The notes beneath the pieces were generated by a model. It made no database searches. It was not told the DNA's origin and saw only the letters and a program-made list of their open reading frames with translations. A program made the translations under genes and the position numbers. From Candidatus Zixiibacteriota bacterium (GTDB lineage: Bacteria; Zixibacteria; MSB-5A5; WJJR01; JAJRUJ01): 64,000 bases of DNA. The DNA lies in assembly GCA_024277855.1 (NCBI GenBank), contig JAJRUJ010000113.1:8889-72888 (forward strand). The letters run 5' to 3'. How positions within the stretch are numbered: the first letter of the stretch is position 1; each line of letters starts with the position of its first letter. Of this stretch, positions 27,757 to 37,712 are shown in pieces.

Positions 27757-29076
27757 TCAGGCGGGAATGGTCTTTTCGATGCAACGAATATTGAGTCGTT
27801 CCAACTCGGCGAGGGCGGGTTCGTAGATTTCCGGCTGGACGGGAATCTGCACACCGGTGAGCGAAACTTTCCCCTCAAGAATCATCCGTGTGGCAATTGC
27901 CGCCGGCAGCGAAACCGTGCGGGACATCGACGAATCACCGTCCGGGATACCATAATCGACCAGCGTCGAGGTCATCTTCTCCCGCTTGTCCGGGTAGACC
28001 GCATCGAATTCATGATGCAACACAATCATATCACGCTCGCCCGGTTTATAAGACATCAATGCCAGCATGCGGGCGGCAACAACATCCATAACCGTCTCGC
28101 CTGCCGGCAGCGGATCGTCAGAGAACATCCCCAGCCACTCCAAATTCGACAGGACAAAAGAGGAGTCTTCCAGGTCAAGGAAAGCCGCCGTGTGTTTTTT
28201 GATATCAGTCGCATCCGACCGGCCGATCAACTTTGCCGTCAATTGGGCAAAGGTCAGCCCGGCCAGATCGTCGCGCTTGGTATCTTCACCGACGCCAAGC
28301 TGGATCATCTTACGCAGGGTGGTGCACCAGCCCTTGTAACGCAGCGTGCCGCGAAACATGGTCTTCGTCGTCGGAATGCCGTAAATCTCGCGGTAGGGCA
28401 TCGAGTTGCGATTGGGATACCCCTCAAATTCATCCATCCCCTCAATGTGCACCGGCCAGAAATTATCGAATAGTTCTTCGCCGGGGATCTCCTTGAGTAC
28501 GCCGTCTTTGAGGAATTTCCCGGCATTGCCGCCGGCCATCAGCACGGCTTTCGGGCTCCAGGAGAATTTATAGCCGAAAGGATTGTCGTTGGCCTCCGGT
28601 GCGGGCAGGCCGCCGCAATAGGAGGAAAACCCGGCGATCTCGCCGCCGGCTTTCTGCACGGCGTGGATAATTTTCATCGCCGACATATGATCGATACCGG
28701 GATCAAGGCCGATCTCGTTGAGAAACAGGAGGCCTTTTTCTTTCGCCTCGGCGTCGAGCGCCATCATCGCCTCGGAGACATATGACGTGGTCACCAGGTG
28801 TTTGCGATGCTCCAGACAGAACTTGGCGACAGTGAGGTGGTGAATATACGGCAGCAAACTGATCGTCAGATCGTTTTCGGCCACTAATTCCGAGAGTTTC
28901 GCTTCGTCCTTGACATTCAGCGGGAGTGCTTTGCCGCGCTCGTGGTCACCGACAAGCGCCTCGGCTTTACTCACTGTCCGGGAGGCGACGGTAACCTGGA
29001 AATCATCAAGGTCCAGCAGATACTGGACTAACGGTCGGGAGACCAGCCCCGCACCCAAAACCAACACCTTCTTCAC
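27757..29076 (-). CDS. Saccharopine dehydrogenase (SDH half of AASS, glutamate-forming)
   Basis: VLGAGLVS, TTSYVS, EIGLDPGIDHM, SYCGGLP, YKFSWSP, RGTLRY; GGAGG RBS then GTG 29076. Confidence 0.93.
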   Translation of the reverse strand: MKKVLVLGAGLVSRPLVQYLLDLDDFQVTVASRTVSKAEALVGDHERGKALPLNVKDEAKLSELVAENDLTISLLPYIHHLTVAKFCLEHRKHLVTTSYVSEAMMALDAEAKEKGLLFLNEIGLDPGIDHMSAMKIIHAVQKAGGEIAGFSSYCGGLPAPEANDNPFGYKFSWSPKAVLMAGGNAGKFLKDGVLKEIPGEELFDNFWPVHIEGMDEFEGYPNRNSMPYREIYGIPTTKTMFRGTLRYKGWCTTLRKMIQLGVGEDTKRDDLAGLTFAQLTAKLIGRSDATDIKKHTAAFLDLEDSSFVLSNLEWLGMFSDDPLPAGETVMDVVAARMLALMSYKPGERDMIVLHHEFDAVYPDKREKMTSTLVDYGIPDGDSSMSRTVSLPAAIATRMILEGKVSLTGVQIPVQPEIYEPALAELERLNIRCIEKTIPA

Positions 29077-29117
29077 TACAACCTCCGAATTATTGACGCG
29101 GCACTTCCCGCGCATCG

Positions 29118-30431
29118 TTAAATGAATTTGTTCATAAACTCATAATCGGGCGTGAACGCACCCCGATACAGGATCGTCGCCCGCTTGATCGCTTCGGGTA
29201 ATCCACAGGAGGAAAACTCGCCGGCAAAATCCGCCGCCGCGATTTGCGGCACAAAATCCCGGAGGACCGCGCTGAAATCCTGAGAAGCAAGCAAAGGCAG
29301 TTCGCTGGGCAGGATATCGACCGCCATAATCAACAACCCATCGCCTGCAAAACCATCGAGGGCCAAATCCACTTTCGGGTTATACACGAAGACCGGCTTA
29401 TCCGGCAGGGTGGCTTTCAGGGTCGCCTCGATCGAGCCCTCGGGGTCGCAACTGATATCACCAATGACTTTGAGTTTCGGCGATTTTTCCGGCAGATAAT
29501 TTTCCTTGAGATACGCCTTGGTGACCAGTCGCGGATACGGTGTATCCCAATAGATACAATTGACCAGCACACTCAACTGCGGGAGATAATCCTCGAAACG
29601 GGATCTATATTTCTCCGGGTGCTGATAATAATCCTGTAGTTCGAATTTATCCTCGGCCGATTTCGGCACGACCAGGTCTTCTTCCTTAAAGACGACTTTG
29701 TAGACATGGTGGGGGTCGTCGGGAACCTTGCCTTCGGCCAGATCGGCCGGGGTGATTTCCTTGATCGGCAACGGCGCGGCGATCTCCTGCGCCCCCAGCG
29801 AGACGTTACCATACCCGGCGAAGCCGATAACCAGCGGGGCGATCGACGGGTGTACTCCGTCAGCGGCGATTTTCCGGCCGATCTCCCCGACTGCCTCGGT
29901 GATCTCATCGACGGTTCGATAGGCATGGGCGGGACGCATTGTCTCGAAGACATTAGTCAGGCCTTCGGCTTTCAGGCGCTGCCCCAACGACCAGAGCGTG
30001 TCGGTCATCCCCGCCAGACCGGCATGCCTGCCGAAAAATATCAACCGGCGATTTTGGTCGTCGACCACCCGCTCGTAATCGATCAGTTGGCACTTCCCCA
30101 ACATGAGTGTGCGCAACATGTCCATGTTATATGGTTGTCCCTTGATCGTATGGGAAAAAAACATATAGGTCTTTCCCCGGATGATCAGATTAGCGGGTAC
30201 TTCCTTGACCGCAAAGATAACATCACAAGAGGAAAGGTCCTCATCGACGACGGCACCGACCCGACGGTAATCGTCATCGGGAAAGACCCGAATCTCGGAC
30301 GGTTGCACGACGATTTCCAGGTTATGCCGGGAAATGAGCGTGGCAACATCGTCGGGAATCAAGGGAACCCGCCGTTCCCAGACACTCTTATCCTCCCGCC
30401 TGATCCCGATTCTCGCCGTTTGTGTCGCCAT
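29118..30431 (-). CDS. Lysine-ketoglutarate reductase (LKR half of AASS)
   Basis: IGIRREDKSVWERRVPL, FFSHTIKGQ.YNM, IDYE, GYGNVS.GA, DISCD, MAVDILPSELP. Confidence 0.9.
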   Translation of the reverse strand: MATQTARIGIRREDKSVWERRVPLIPDDVATLISRHNLEIVVQPSEIRVFPDDDYRRVGAVVDEDLSSCDVIFAVKEVPANLIIRGKTYMFFSHTIKGQPYNMDMLRTLMLGKCQLIDYERVVDDQNRRLIFFGRHAGLAGMTDTLWSLGQRLKAEGLTNVFETMRPAHAYRTVDEITEAVGEIGRKIAADGVHPSIAPLVIGFAGYGNVSLGAQEIAAPLPIKEITPADLAEGKVPDDPHHVYKVVFKEEDLVVPKSAEDKFELQDYYQHPEKYRSRFEDYLPQLSVLVNCIYWDTPYPRLVTKAYLKENYLPEKSPKLKVIGDISCDPEGSIEATLKATLPDKPVFVYNPKVDLALDGFAGDGLLIMAVDILPSELPLLASQDFSAVLRDFVPQIAAADFAGEFSSCGLPEAIKRATILYRGAFTPDYEFMNKFI

Positions 30432-30845
30432 ACCATTCCCTTTCGACTGGCTGACCATCATCGATCTGCCATTCCCCGGCCAATGTAACGGATGACCTCG
30501 CCACCCCGCAAGTCCGGCGGCAGGGAATAGATAATTTCCTGACAACCTTGCCCGACAACCGGAATTGGCATCGGGCGCAGTTGCTTTGTGTACCGTAACA
30601 GTAACGACCGTATATTGTTATATTGGCTATTATGCGAAATGTACTCTCCCTTTAATTTCATTAATCAGGACTCATATCCTCCATGTTGCCGATACAGCAA
30701 GCCGCAAAGTGACATTTTTCGTCTGACCAGGCATCGAGCATCAGTATATTATCGCCGGAAGGGGAATCGGCCCTGCCGTACAACCGCTGAAGTCGTCGGG
30801 GATTAAGATATTTCCGACAACCGGGGCACAATATCAGGAGAGGCA

Positions 30846-32984
30846 GTGATGGGACAGATTTATCGAAAGGGAAGTGTACTGCAGACGAGTTTACTTGGGG
30901 CGTTTGGCCTCCTCCTTCTGCTCAGTTGCAATGCCCAGCCGGAGATTACTCCCCCGGTGGCCCCGCGTATCGAACATGCGGATACCCTGCATGGTGACGT
31001 GCGCCTCGATTATTATCACTGGCTGCGTGAACGAGACAATCCCGAGGTCATCGCCTATCTGAAAGCGGAAAATGAGTATACCGCGGCCATGATGAAGCAC
31101 ACCGAGCCATTGCAGAAAAAACTATTTGAAGAAATGGTGGCTCGGATCAAGGAAACCGATTCGAGTGTGCCGGTCAAAGAAGACGATTATTATTACTATA
31201 CACGTACTGAGGAAGGGAAACAATACGACATTGATGCCCGCAAAAAGGGATCGTTGGACGCACCCGAGGAAATCATTCTCGACGAAAACAAATTGGCCGA
31301 GGGCTATCCTTTTTTCTCCGTGGAGAATCTGCAGATAAGCCCGGATCACAATCTTGCCGCTTACGCGATCGATACCAGCGGCCGGGAGCAATATACGATC
31401 TATATTAAAGATCTCTCTACCGGTAAACTCCTGCCGGACGTCATCAAGGGAGTGTATTACGAGATTGCCTGGGCCAACGACAACAAGACATTCTTCTACA
31501 CGCGGCTTGACGAGGCCTTGCGACCGGACAGACTTTATCGCCATACTCTGGGAACTCCGCCGGAAGACGATCAACTGATCTATACCGAAGACGATGATCG
31601 ATATTGGATGGACATTGGGCGCACCAAGAGCAAGAAGTATATCCTGCTCGACCTGGAAAGTGAAACGACATCGGAATGGCGGTATCTCTCCGCCGACGAC
31701 CCTTTGGGGGAATTCAAAATCATCCATCCGCGTGAGGAGAATCTGGAGTATTCCATCGATCATCACGGCGATAATTTCCTGATTGTGACCAATGACGAGG
31801 CAAAGAATTTCAAATTGATGTCGGTCCCGACCAAATCTCCGGCAAAGAAAAATTGGCGGGAGGTCCTCCCCCACCGCAAAAATGTCAAACTCGACGGCAT
31901 TGAAGTATTCAAAGACTTCCTGGTCGCCTATGAGCGTGAACACGGTCTGCGGCAGATCAGCATTCAAAAACTGCCGGATGGAGACTGGCGCCGCGTATCC
32001 TTCCCTGAGGAAGTCTATACTTTCGGCACCCAGGATAACCCGGATTACAACTCTAAATTGCTGCGGTTTGCCTACACCTCGATGGTTACCCCCAAATCAA
32101 TCTATGATTATAACATGGCGACGCAGGAGCGGGAACTGCTCAAACAGGATGAAGTGCTGGGCGGGTACGATCCCGACCAATATGAATCGATACGGATTTA
32201 TGCCACGGCCACGGATGGGACACAAATCCCAATGTCGCTGGTTTATCGCAAGGGCCTGGTACTCGACGGGAACAACCCGGTGTATTTGCGCGGTTACGGG
32301 GCTTATGGTATCAGTAGCGAACCCCGCTTCCGAAGCTATGCGATCAGTCTGCTCGACCGCGGATTTGTTTACGCTATCGCGCATGTCCGGGGGGGTGGTG
32401 AGATGGGCCGGTATTGGTATGAGGACGGCAGATTGCTCAAGAAAAAAAATACGTTCACCGATTTTATTGCCTGTGCCGAACGCCTGATCGAGCAAAAGTA
32501 TACCTCGACCGAACGACTGACCGCGGCAGGCGGCAGCGCGGGCGGGCTGCTGATAGGCGCAGTGCTGAATATGCGGCCGGATCTCTTTGGCGCGATGGTC
32601 GCCGACGTGCCGTTCGTCGATTTGATCAACACGATGGCCGATCCGACAATCCCCCTGACAGTCATCGAATATGACGAGTGGGGCAATCCGGCAGACCCTG
32701 AGTATTATCGCTATATGCTTTCCTATTCTCCTTATGACGGGGTCGAAGCAAAAGACTACCCCGCCTTGCTGGTCACTGCCGGTTTGAACGACCCTCGTGT
32801 GCAATATTGGGAACCGGCCAAATGGACTGCAAAGTTGCGCTCGCTGAAAACCGACGACAATTTGCTGATCCTGAAAACCAATATGGGCGCCGGACATATG
32901 GGTGCATCGGGACGATACGACTATCTCAAGGAGATCGCCTTTGAGTATGCGTTCCTGCTCGATCAGCTGGGAATCGCACGATAG
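30846..32984 (+). CDS. ptrB: Oligopeptidase B (S9A) with lipoprotein signal
   Basis: GGSAGG, DPRVQYWEPAKW, GAGH; LLLSC lipobox. Confidence 0.93.
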   Translation: MMGQIYRKGSVLQTSLLGAFGLLLLLSCNAQPEITPPVAPRIEHADTLHGDVRLDYYHWLRERDNPEVIAYLKAENEYTAAMMKHTEPLQKKLFEEMVARIKETDSSVPVKEDDYYYYTRTEEGKQYDIDARKKGSLDAPEEIILDENKLAEGYPFFSVENLQISPDHNLAAYAIDTSGREQYTIYIKDLSTGKLLPDVIKGVYYEIAWANDNKTFFYTRLDEALRPDRLYRHTLGTPPEDDQLIYTEDDDRYWMDIGRTKSKKYILLDLESETTSEWRYLSADDPLGEFKIIHPREENLEYSIDHHGDNFLIVTNDEAKNFKLMSVPTKSPAKKNWREVLPHRKNVKLDGIEVFKDFLVAYEREHGLRQISIQKLPDGDWRRVSFPEEVYTFGTQDNPDYNSKLLRFAYTSMVTPKSIYDYNMATQERELLKQDEVLGGYDPDQYESIRIYATATDGTQIPMSLVYRKGLVLDGNNPVYLRGYGAYGISSEPRFRSYAISLLDRGFVYAIAHVRGGGEMGRYWYEDGRLLKKKNTFTDFIACAERLIEQKYTSTERLTAAGGSAGGLLIGAVLNMRPDLFGAMVADVPFVDLINTMADPTIPLTVIEYDEWGNPADPEYYRYMLSYSPYDGVEAKDYPALLVTAGLNDPRVQYWEPAKWTAKLRSLKTDDNLLILKTNMGAGHMGASGRYDYLKEIAFEYAFLLDQLGIAR

Positions 32985-33149
32985 TCCGGTGAGATCCGGC
33001 CTGCCCGGAAAAGCGGCGGCGCCCCGCAACAACCGACAATAAAAGCGATCCGTTGTCCGGCCGAAACTATCGGGAGTCGGATCTAATCAGGCAATTGGAT
33101 CTTGCGTGTCTCGATTGTGCACTTGACAGGAATTGCGCTACGTACGATC

Positions 33150-33185
33150 TTTCGGAGTGCCGAAAAAAGTTCGGCAATTTGACAG
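33150..33185. promoter_or_regulatory. Putative DtxR/MntR-type autoregulatory operator
   Basis: Palindrome TTTCGG-AGTG-CCGAAA plus a second TTCGG half-site, downstream of TTGACA (33123). Confidence 0.45.
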
Positions 33186-33196
33186 TGGGGCTTCAC

Positions 33197-33652
33197 GTGA
33201 GACGCAAGGTGGAACTCAGCGCCAGTCTGGAAGATTACCTCGAGGCCATCTACCACATAGTCTCGGCAAAGCGAGCGGCCCGGGCGAAGGATATTGCGCA
33301 GAGACTCGGAGTAAGCAGTTCATCGGTCACCGGTGCGCTGCGGGCATTGTCGGCCCGGGGGCTGATTAACTACGCGCCATATGACGTTGTCACACTTACG
33401 TATATGGGGACGAAGGTTGCGGGCGACGTCGTCCGTCGTCATCAGGCATTGAGTGCATTTTTCATCAAGGTCCTTGGCATCGATCCGAAATCGGCCGAGG
33501 AATCTGCCTGCAAGATGGAACATGAATTGTCACGGGAAATCCTCGACCGGCTCGTCGATTTCGTTGAATTCGTTGACCATAACCCGCAGGCCGACACTCG
33601 CTTGCTGAAAAAATTCGCCTCACAAAAACCGCTTCGACCAAACGACTCCTGA
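33197..33652 (+). CDS. DtxR/MntR family metal-dependent regulator
   Basis: LSASLEDYLEAIY, RRH..L..FF, ACKMEH; GTG 33197 is the likely start. Confidence 0.92.
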   Translation: MRRKVELSASLEDYLEAIYHIVSAKRAARAKDIAQRLGVSSSSVTGALRALSARGLINYAPYDVVTLTYMGTKVAGDVVRRHQALSAFFIKVLGIDPKSAEESACKMEHELSREILDRLVDFVEFVDHNPQADTRLLKKFASQKPLRPNDS

Positions 33653-33923
33653 GCATCGTTGATCATTACCCTCCAATGCCGATAGATCTTCGGTCAGGGT
33701 AGCTGGAGATACATCTCGGTGGATCCGCCCGAATTACCACTTCCCCCGCCGGGGGAGTGTTAAGTAATTGCACGCTCAGCCGATAACTTTACCAATTGTG
33801 GTTTAACACCTTTGTGCCGGATGCGGCCGAAAATCGAACGCGTCGGAAATATTTTTTGACGGCAAGGTAAACCCGATGCTGAAATGGTCGATTGAAAACC
33901 CCCAGCGAGAAAATGAGCCACCC

Positions 33924-34082
33924 ATGGAAGAGGGAGATGACAAACACCGTCTGGTAGAATCCCTATTCAACTCCTCCAACTGCAAATGTAAAGTTGCTTC
34001 GATAAATCCGACCACTGGTGAATACCGAATCATTATCCAGGGGACTCTTGATCCAACAGAATTGGCTGAATCGAAAACATAA
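33924..34082 (+). CDS. Small hypothetical protein
   Basis: Co-oriented ORF with globular-looking sequence; start 33876 or 33924. Confidence 0.4.
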   Translation: MEEGDDKHRLVESLFNSSNCKCKVASINPTTGEYRIIIQGTLDPTELAESKT

Positions 34083-34158
34083 AACTAAACGGCCCATTCG
34101 GACGAGATAAACAACCGTCCGAACCGCCGCATTTTCAGTAACAATGGGGAGGTTTCTC

Positions 34159-35178
34159 ATGCGGATGATTACCCGCAAAACCAACACCCGCAAGACCACC
34201 AACAAGCGGGCAAGCAACAACAAATCGACCACCCGGAAGACAGTCCGGAAGCCGGCCACCACAAAAACTACGGCACGGAAAACCATCAAGAAGGCCGTGA
34301 CACGCAAGGCCACAGTTCGCAAGGTCACCAGAAAATCGACGACCCGTAAAGCCACAGCGCGCAAGACCACCCGTAAACCGGTCACGCGCAAAGCCACGAC
34401 GCGCAAGACCACTCGCAAACCGGTCACGCGTAAAACCACGACGCGCAAGACCACCCGCAAACCGGTCACGCGCAAAGCCACAATGCGCAAGACCACTCGC
34501 AAATCGGTCACGCGTAAAACCACGACGCGCAAGACCACCCGCAAACCGGCCACGCGCAAAGCCACGACGCGCAAGACAGTCCGGAAGCCGGTCACCAGAA
34601 AAACTACGGCACGGAAAAGTACCCGCAAAGCCGTGACGCGCAAAACTACGGTCCGCAAGACCACCAGAAAAGCCGCCGCCAACAAGAACAACAACAAGCG
34701 CAATTACACCAGAAAGCCGGCGACCCGTAAAGCCGTGACGCGTAAAACCACGGCCCGCAAGACCAATACCAGAAAGACCGTCGGCTGGAAAACCGCGAGC
34801 CGGAAGACCACAAAAAAGAACATCAACCGGAAGACGACAACGGCCAAAAAGCCGTCGATACGCAAAGCCACGGCTCGCAAGGTCACCCGGAAAGTCGCCC
34901 CAAAGAAAAACAACATGAAAAAGAACTACACTAAAAAGTCGGCGACGCGCAAAACAACGACGCGCAAAACCATGGCTCGCAAGATTGCTCGCAAGCCAGC
35001 CACCAGGAAAACTATGGCGCGGAAAACCGTCCGGAAGGCCATAACGCGCAAAGCCACCTCACGGAAGCCGGCAAAACGGATGACTGCCACCCGGCAGAAC
35101 AAGCGCTCGAACCAGACTCGGAAGAGCCATAATACTCGGAACAAAAACTACCGGCGCGCGACGACACGTCGCTGGTAG
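34159..35178 (+). CDS. Histone H1-like (Hc2-type) basic repetitive protein
   Basis: GGAGG RBS; K/R/T/A-rich TRK repeats, no Asp or Glu; own terminator. Confidence 0.85.
   Translation: MRMITRKTNTRKTTNKRASNNKSTTRKTVRKPATTKTTARKTIKKAVTRKATVRKVTRKSTTRKATARKTTRKPVTRKATTRKTTRKPVTRKTTTRKTTRKPVTRKATMRKTTRKSVTRKTTTRKTTRKPATRKATTRKTVRKPVTRKTTARKSTRKAVTRKTTVRKTTRKAAANKNNNKRNYTRKPATRKAVTRKTTARKTNTRKTVGWKTASRKTTKKNINRKTTTAKKPSIRKATARKVTRKVAPKKNNMKKNYTKKSATRKTTTRKTMARKIARKPATRKTMARKTVRKAITRKATSRKPAKRMTATRQNKRSNQTRKSHNTRNKNYRRATTRRW
34359..34600 (+). repeat. 42-bp tandem repeat encoding RKTTRKPVTRK(A/T)TT
   Basis: CGCAAGACCAC(C/T)CGCAAACCGGTCACGCG.. about 5-6 imperfect copies. Confidence 0.85.
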
Positions 35179-35207
35179 ACGAGTATTGTCTGACTATTTG
35201 TCGAATC

Positions 35208-35242
35208 GACGGGCGTCAACGTATTTGACGCCCGTCTTTTTC
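35208..35242 (+). terminator. Intrinsic terminator
   Basis: GACGGGCGTCAA/TTGACGCCCGTC then TTTTT. Confidence 0.88.
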
Positions 35243-35338
35243 TCCGGGAAATCCAATCCTCGTTGAAATCACCCGAGAGATTACGCCGGATGTACTTGTT
35301 TCATTGACGGCGCCTCCAAGTTGCCGTTTAATCACTAT

Positions 35339-36250
35339 ATGTCGCGCAAATATTTTGATCAACTGGCTGATTTAATTACCGAGGCCGCAAATAGCCGAAG
35401 CGCTCGACTCGATCGGATGGACACCGTCGAAATCCTTTCTCTGATCAACGAGGAAGACAGTATCGTTCCGAAAATTATTGCCGCACAAATACCGAATATC
35501 GCACGGGCTGTCGAATTATTCGTCGGAGTACTGCGCGCGGCAGGCCGCGTGTTCTACCTGGGAGCGGGGACATCTGGCCGGCTGGGGGTGCTTGATGCCG
35601 CCGAATGTCCACCAACTTTCGGCACAGACCCCCGGCAAATCATCGGCATCATCTCCGGCGGGCGGTCGACACTGGTCCGCTCTCGCGAGGGAGTGGAAGA
35701 CAAACCCGGCGCGGCGAAGCGGGATCTTAAGCGACATGGATTTTCAGCCGACGATCTATTGGTGGCAATCGCCGCCTCAGGCAAGACACCATATACACTG
35801 GCCGGCCTGGCCTATGCGCGCGAAACCGGTGCGCAGACGATTTTTATTTGTGCCAATCCGCCGGACAAGTTGACCGTTCCCGCCGACGTGGTCATTCCGG
35901 TTGTCCTCGGTCCGGAAGTTATCGCCGGTTCGACAAGGATGAAAGCCGGGACGGCACAGAAATTGATCCTGAACATGATTTCCACCGCCGCGATGGTCCG
36001 CCTCGGTAAAACATACGGCAATCTCATGGTCGACCTGAAAGCTACGTCAGCCAAGTTGGTGGCACGCTCCCAACGGATTTTGATGTCGGTATTGGAGATT
36101 GATTATGACCACGCGGGCGAATTGCTTAAAAGTGCCGGAGGGGAAGTGAAAACCGCGCTGGTGATGGGGAAATTGGGATGTACCGCCGCGGAGTCCCGGC
36201 AGAAATTAGTTAAAGCCGACGGATTCGTTTATCGTGTCATTGGCGAGTAA
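35339..36250 (+). CDS. murQ: N-acetylmuramic acid 6-phosphate etherase
   Basis: GAGTSGRLGVLDAAECPPTFG, GSTRMKAGTAQK, GNLMVD. Confidence 0.96.
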   Translation: MSRKYFDQLADLITEAANSRSARLDRMDTVEILSLINEEDSIVPKIIAAQIPNIARAVELFVGVLRAAGRVFYLGAGTSGRLGVLDAAECPPTFGTDPRQIIGIISGGRSTLVRSREGVEDKPGAAKRDLKRHGFSADDLLVAIAASGKTPYTLAGLAYARETGAQTIFICANPPDKLTVPADVVIPVVLGPEVIAGSTRMKAGTAQKLILNMISTAAMVRLGKTYGNLMVDLKATSAKLVARSQRILMSVLEIDYDHAGELLKSAGGEVKTALVMGKLGCTAAESRQKLVKADGFVYRVIGE

Positions 36251-36258
36251 CCGGTCGA

Positions 36259-37045
36259 TCACTGAGCCATGTTGTTCTCATATATTTTTGCCACGCCGTC
36301 CAGAGTGAGTGTATCGTCCACATCCTGGATAATTTCCGTTTCTGCCGCAATTGTCCGAGCCAGCCCGCCGGTCGCAATGACCCGGGGATTCCCGCCCAGT
36401 TGGTCTTTGATCCGCCGGACAATCCCCTCAACCTGACCGATTGCACCGTACAGAAGACCGGATTTCAGCGCATCCTCGGTATTCCGCCCGATCGCCTGTC
36501 GGGGCGCTTCAAGTTTGATTTTGAACAACTTCGCCGCACGTTCGGATAGCCGGGCCGAAGATGTCTCGATTCCCGGCGCAATGACTCCGCCCAAATACTC
36601 CCCGGAGCCGGAAATGACGTCAAACGTGGTTGCCGTACCGAAATCGACGATGATTCCCGGCCCGGTATATTTGTGGACATACCCTTCCGCGTTGGCAATT
36701 CTGTCGGCCCCGACCTGATGCGGATAATCGACAACGAGACGGGTTTTCAGTTTCACCTCATGGGTAACCACCAGCGCTGTCTGTCCACAATATCGTTGGG
36801 CCATTTCCTGGTAAACGGCGGTAAGATACGGTACGACCGAACAGATCGCCACGCCGTTGACTTCCTCGGTCGATCTTAGCTGATGTCGGCGCAGACTGGT
36901 TATCAGCACACCGGCTTCATCGGAGGTCAACGTATGTTTGGAGGCCAGGCGAAAATAATCAAGCAATTCGCCGTGTTGATAGAATCCGACGACGGTCGTT
37001 GTGTTGCCAATATCAATAGCCAACAGATATGAGGTATTCTTGATC
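36259..37045 (-). CDS. coaX: Type III pantothenate kinase
   Basis: AIDIGNT, GADR, VDFGTATT, VIATGG; start approximate. Confidence 0.95.
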
Positions 37046-37169
37046 ATGGCCACAATGTAATACCTCACGGCATGAGGTCAAGTCATCACGAGACCACGGC
37101 CTCAACAGCGGAACAAATTCGGCGAAAATTTTGTTATAGGAAACCGGGCGCCTTGCCGATAGCCCCAAT

Positions 37170-37646
37170 ATGAAGGCGAATACGGAGTTTGGCAGTGCGG
37201 GACTGCTCAACTGCTGGGAATTCACCGGCTGTGGTCGCGAACCCGGCGGTGATCGCGCCGACGATCTCGGTGTTTGTCCGGCGGCCGCCGACCGACGTTT
37301 CGACGGCATCAACGGCGGGAAAAACGGCGGTCGAACGTGTTGGGTCGTCGCCGGCACAGCCGGCCGGGTCGATCCCGAGGGGATTTTCGCCAGTGCGGAA
37401 ACCCCGTGTTCCCGCTGCCGATTCTACCATCTCGTACAATCCACTACCCCGGGTGTCCCCGACCAGGAACTTCTCGAACGTCTGACGATGCGGATGACGG
37501 CACTGCCAATCGTGGCCAAACCAATCCGCAGGCCGGTTATCCTACACCGTTCACCGGAGTACAAACGTGACGCACAGCCGGCGAAAACGCCTGCCGTCAC
37601 CAGAGAAGTCGCGCACAGTCTCGTCGAAGATATTTTGGAAAAATAA
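37170..37646 (+). CDS. Two-CW domain Cys-rich protein
   Basis: NCWEF.GCGREPGG..CPAA..GKNGGRTCWVVAGT..C..C.FY. Confidence 0.75.
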   Translation: MKANTEFGSAGLLNCWEFTGCGREPGGDRADDLGVCPAAADRRFDGINGGKNGGRTCWVVAGTAGRVDPEGIFASAETPCSRCRFYHLVQSTTPGVPDQELLERLTMRMTALPIVAKPIRRPVILHRSPEYKRDAQPAKTPAVTREVAHSLVEDILEK

Positions 37647-37712
37647 CTTCGCGCCTTTTTAGCGCAAATAAATCCGAGTGCCGATTGGCGAATATTTCGC
37701 TGTCCGGCAGAG

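Noticed and set aside
27625..28473. Long shadow ORFs (also 753-1592, 29706-30488, 32097-33032 and others)
   Set aside because: Antisense to well-supported genes, expected at this GC content
30432..30700. Lysine riboswitch upstream of LKR
   Set aside because: Conserved L-box motifs not recognisable by eye; an Rfam scan would be decisive
34359..34600. CRISPR array
   Set aside because: Contiguous coding tandem repeat without unique spacers; no cas genes
33963..35144. Antisense V/L/R-rich ORFs
   Set aside because: Mirror of the repetitive histone-like gene, which has the RBS and terminator
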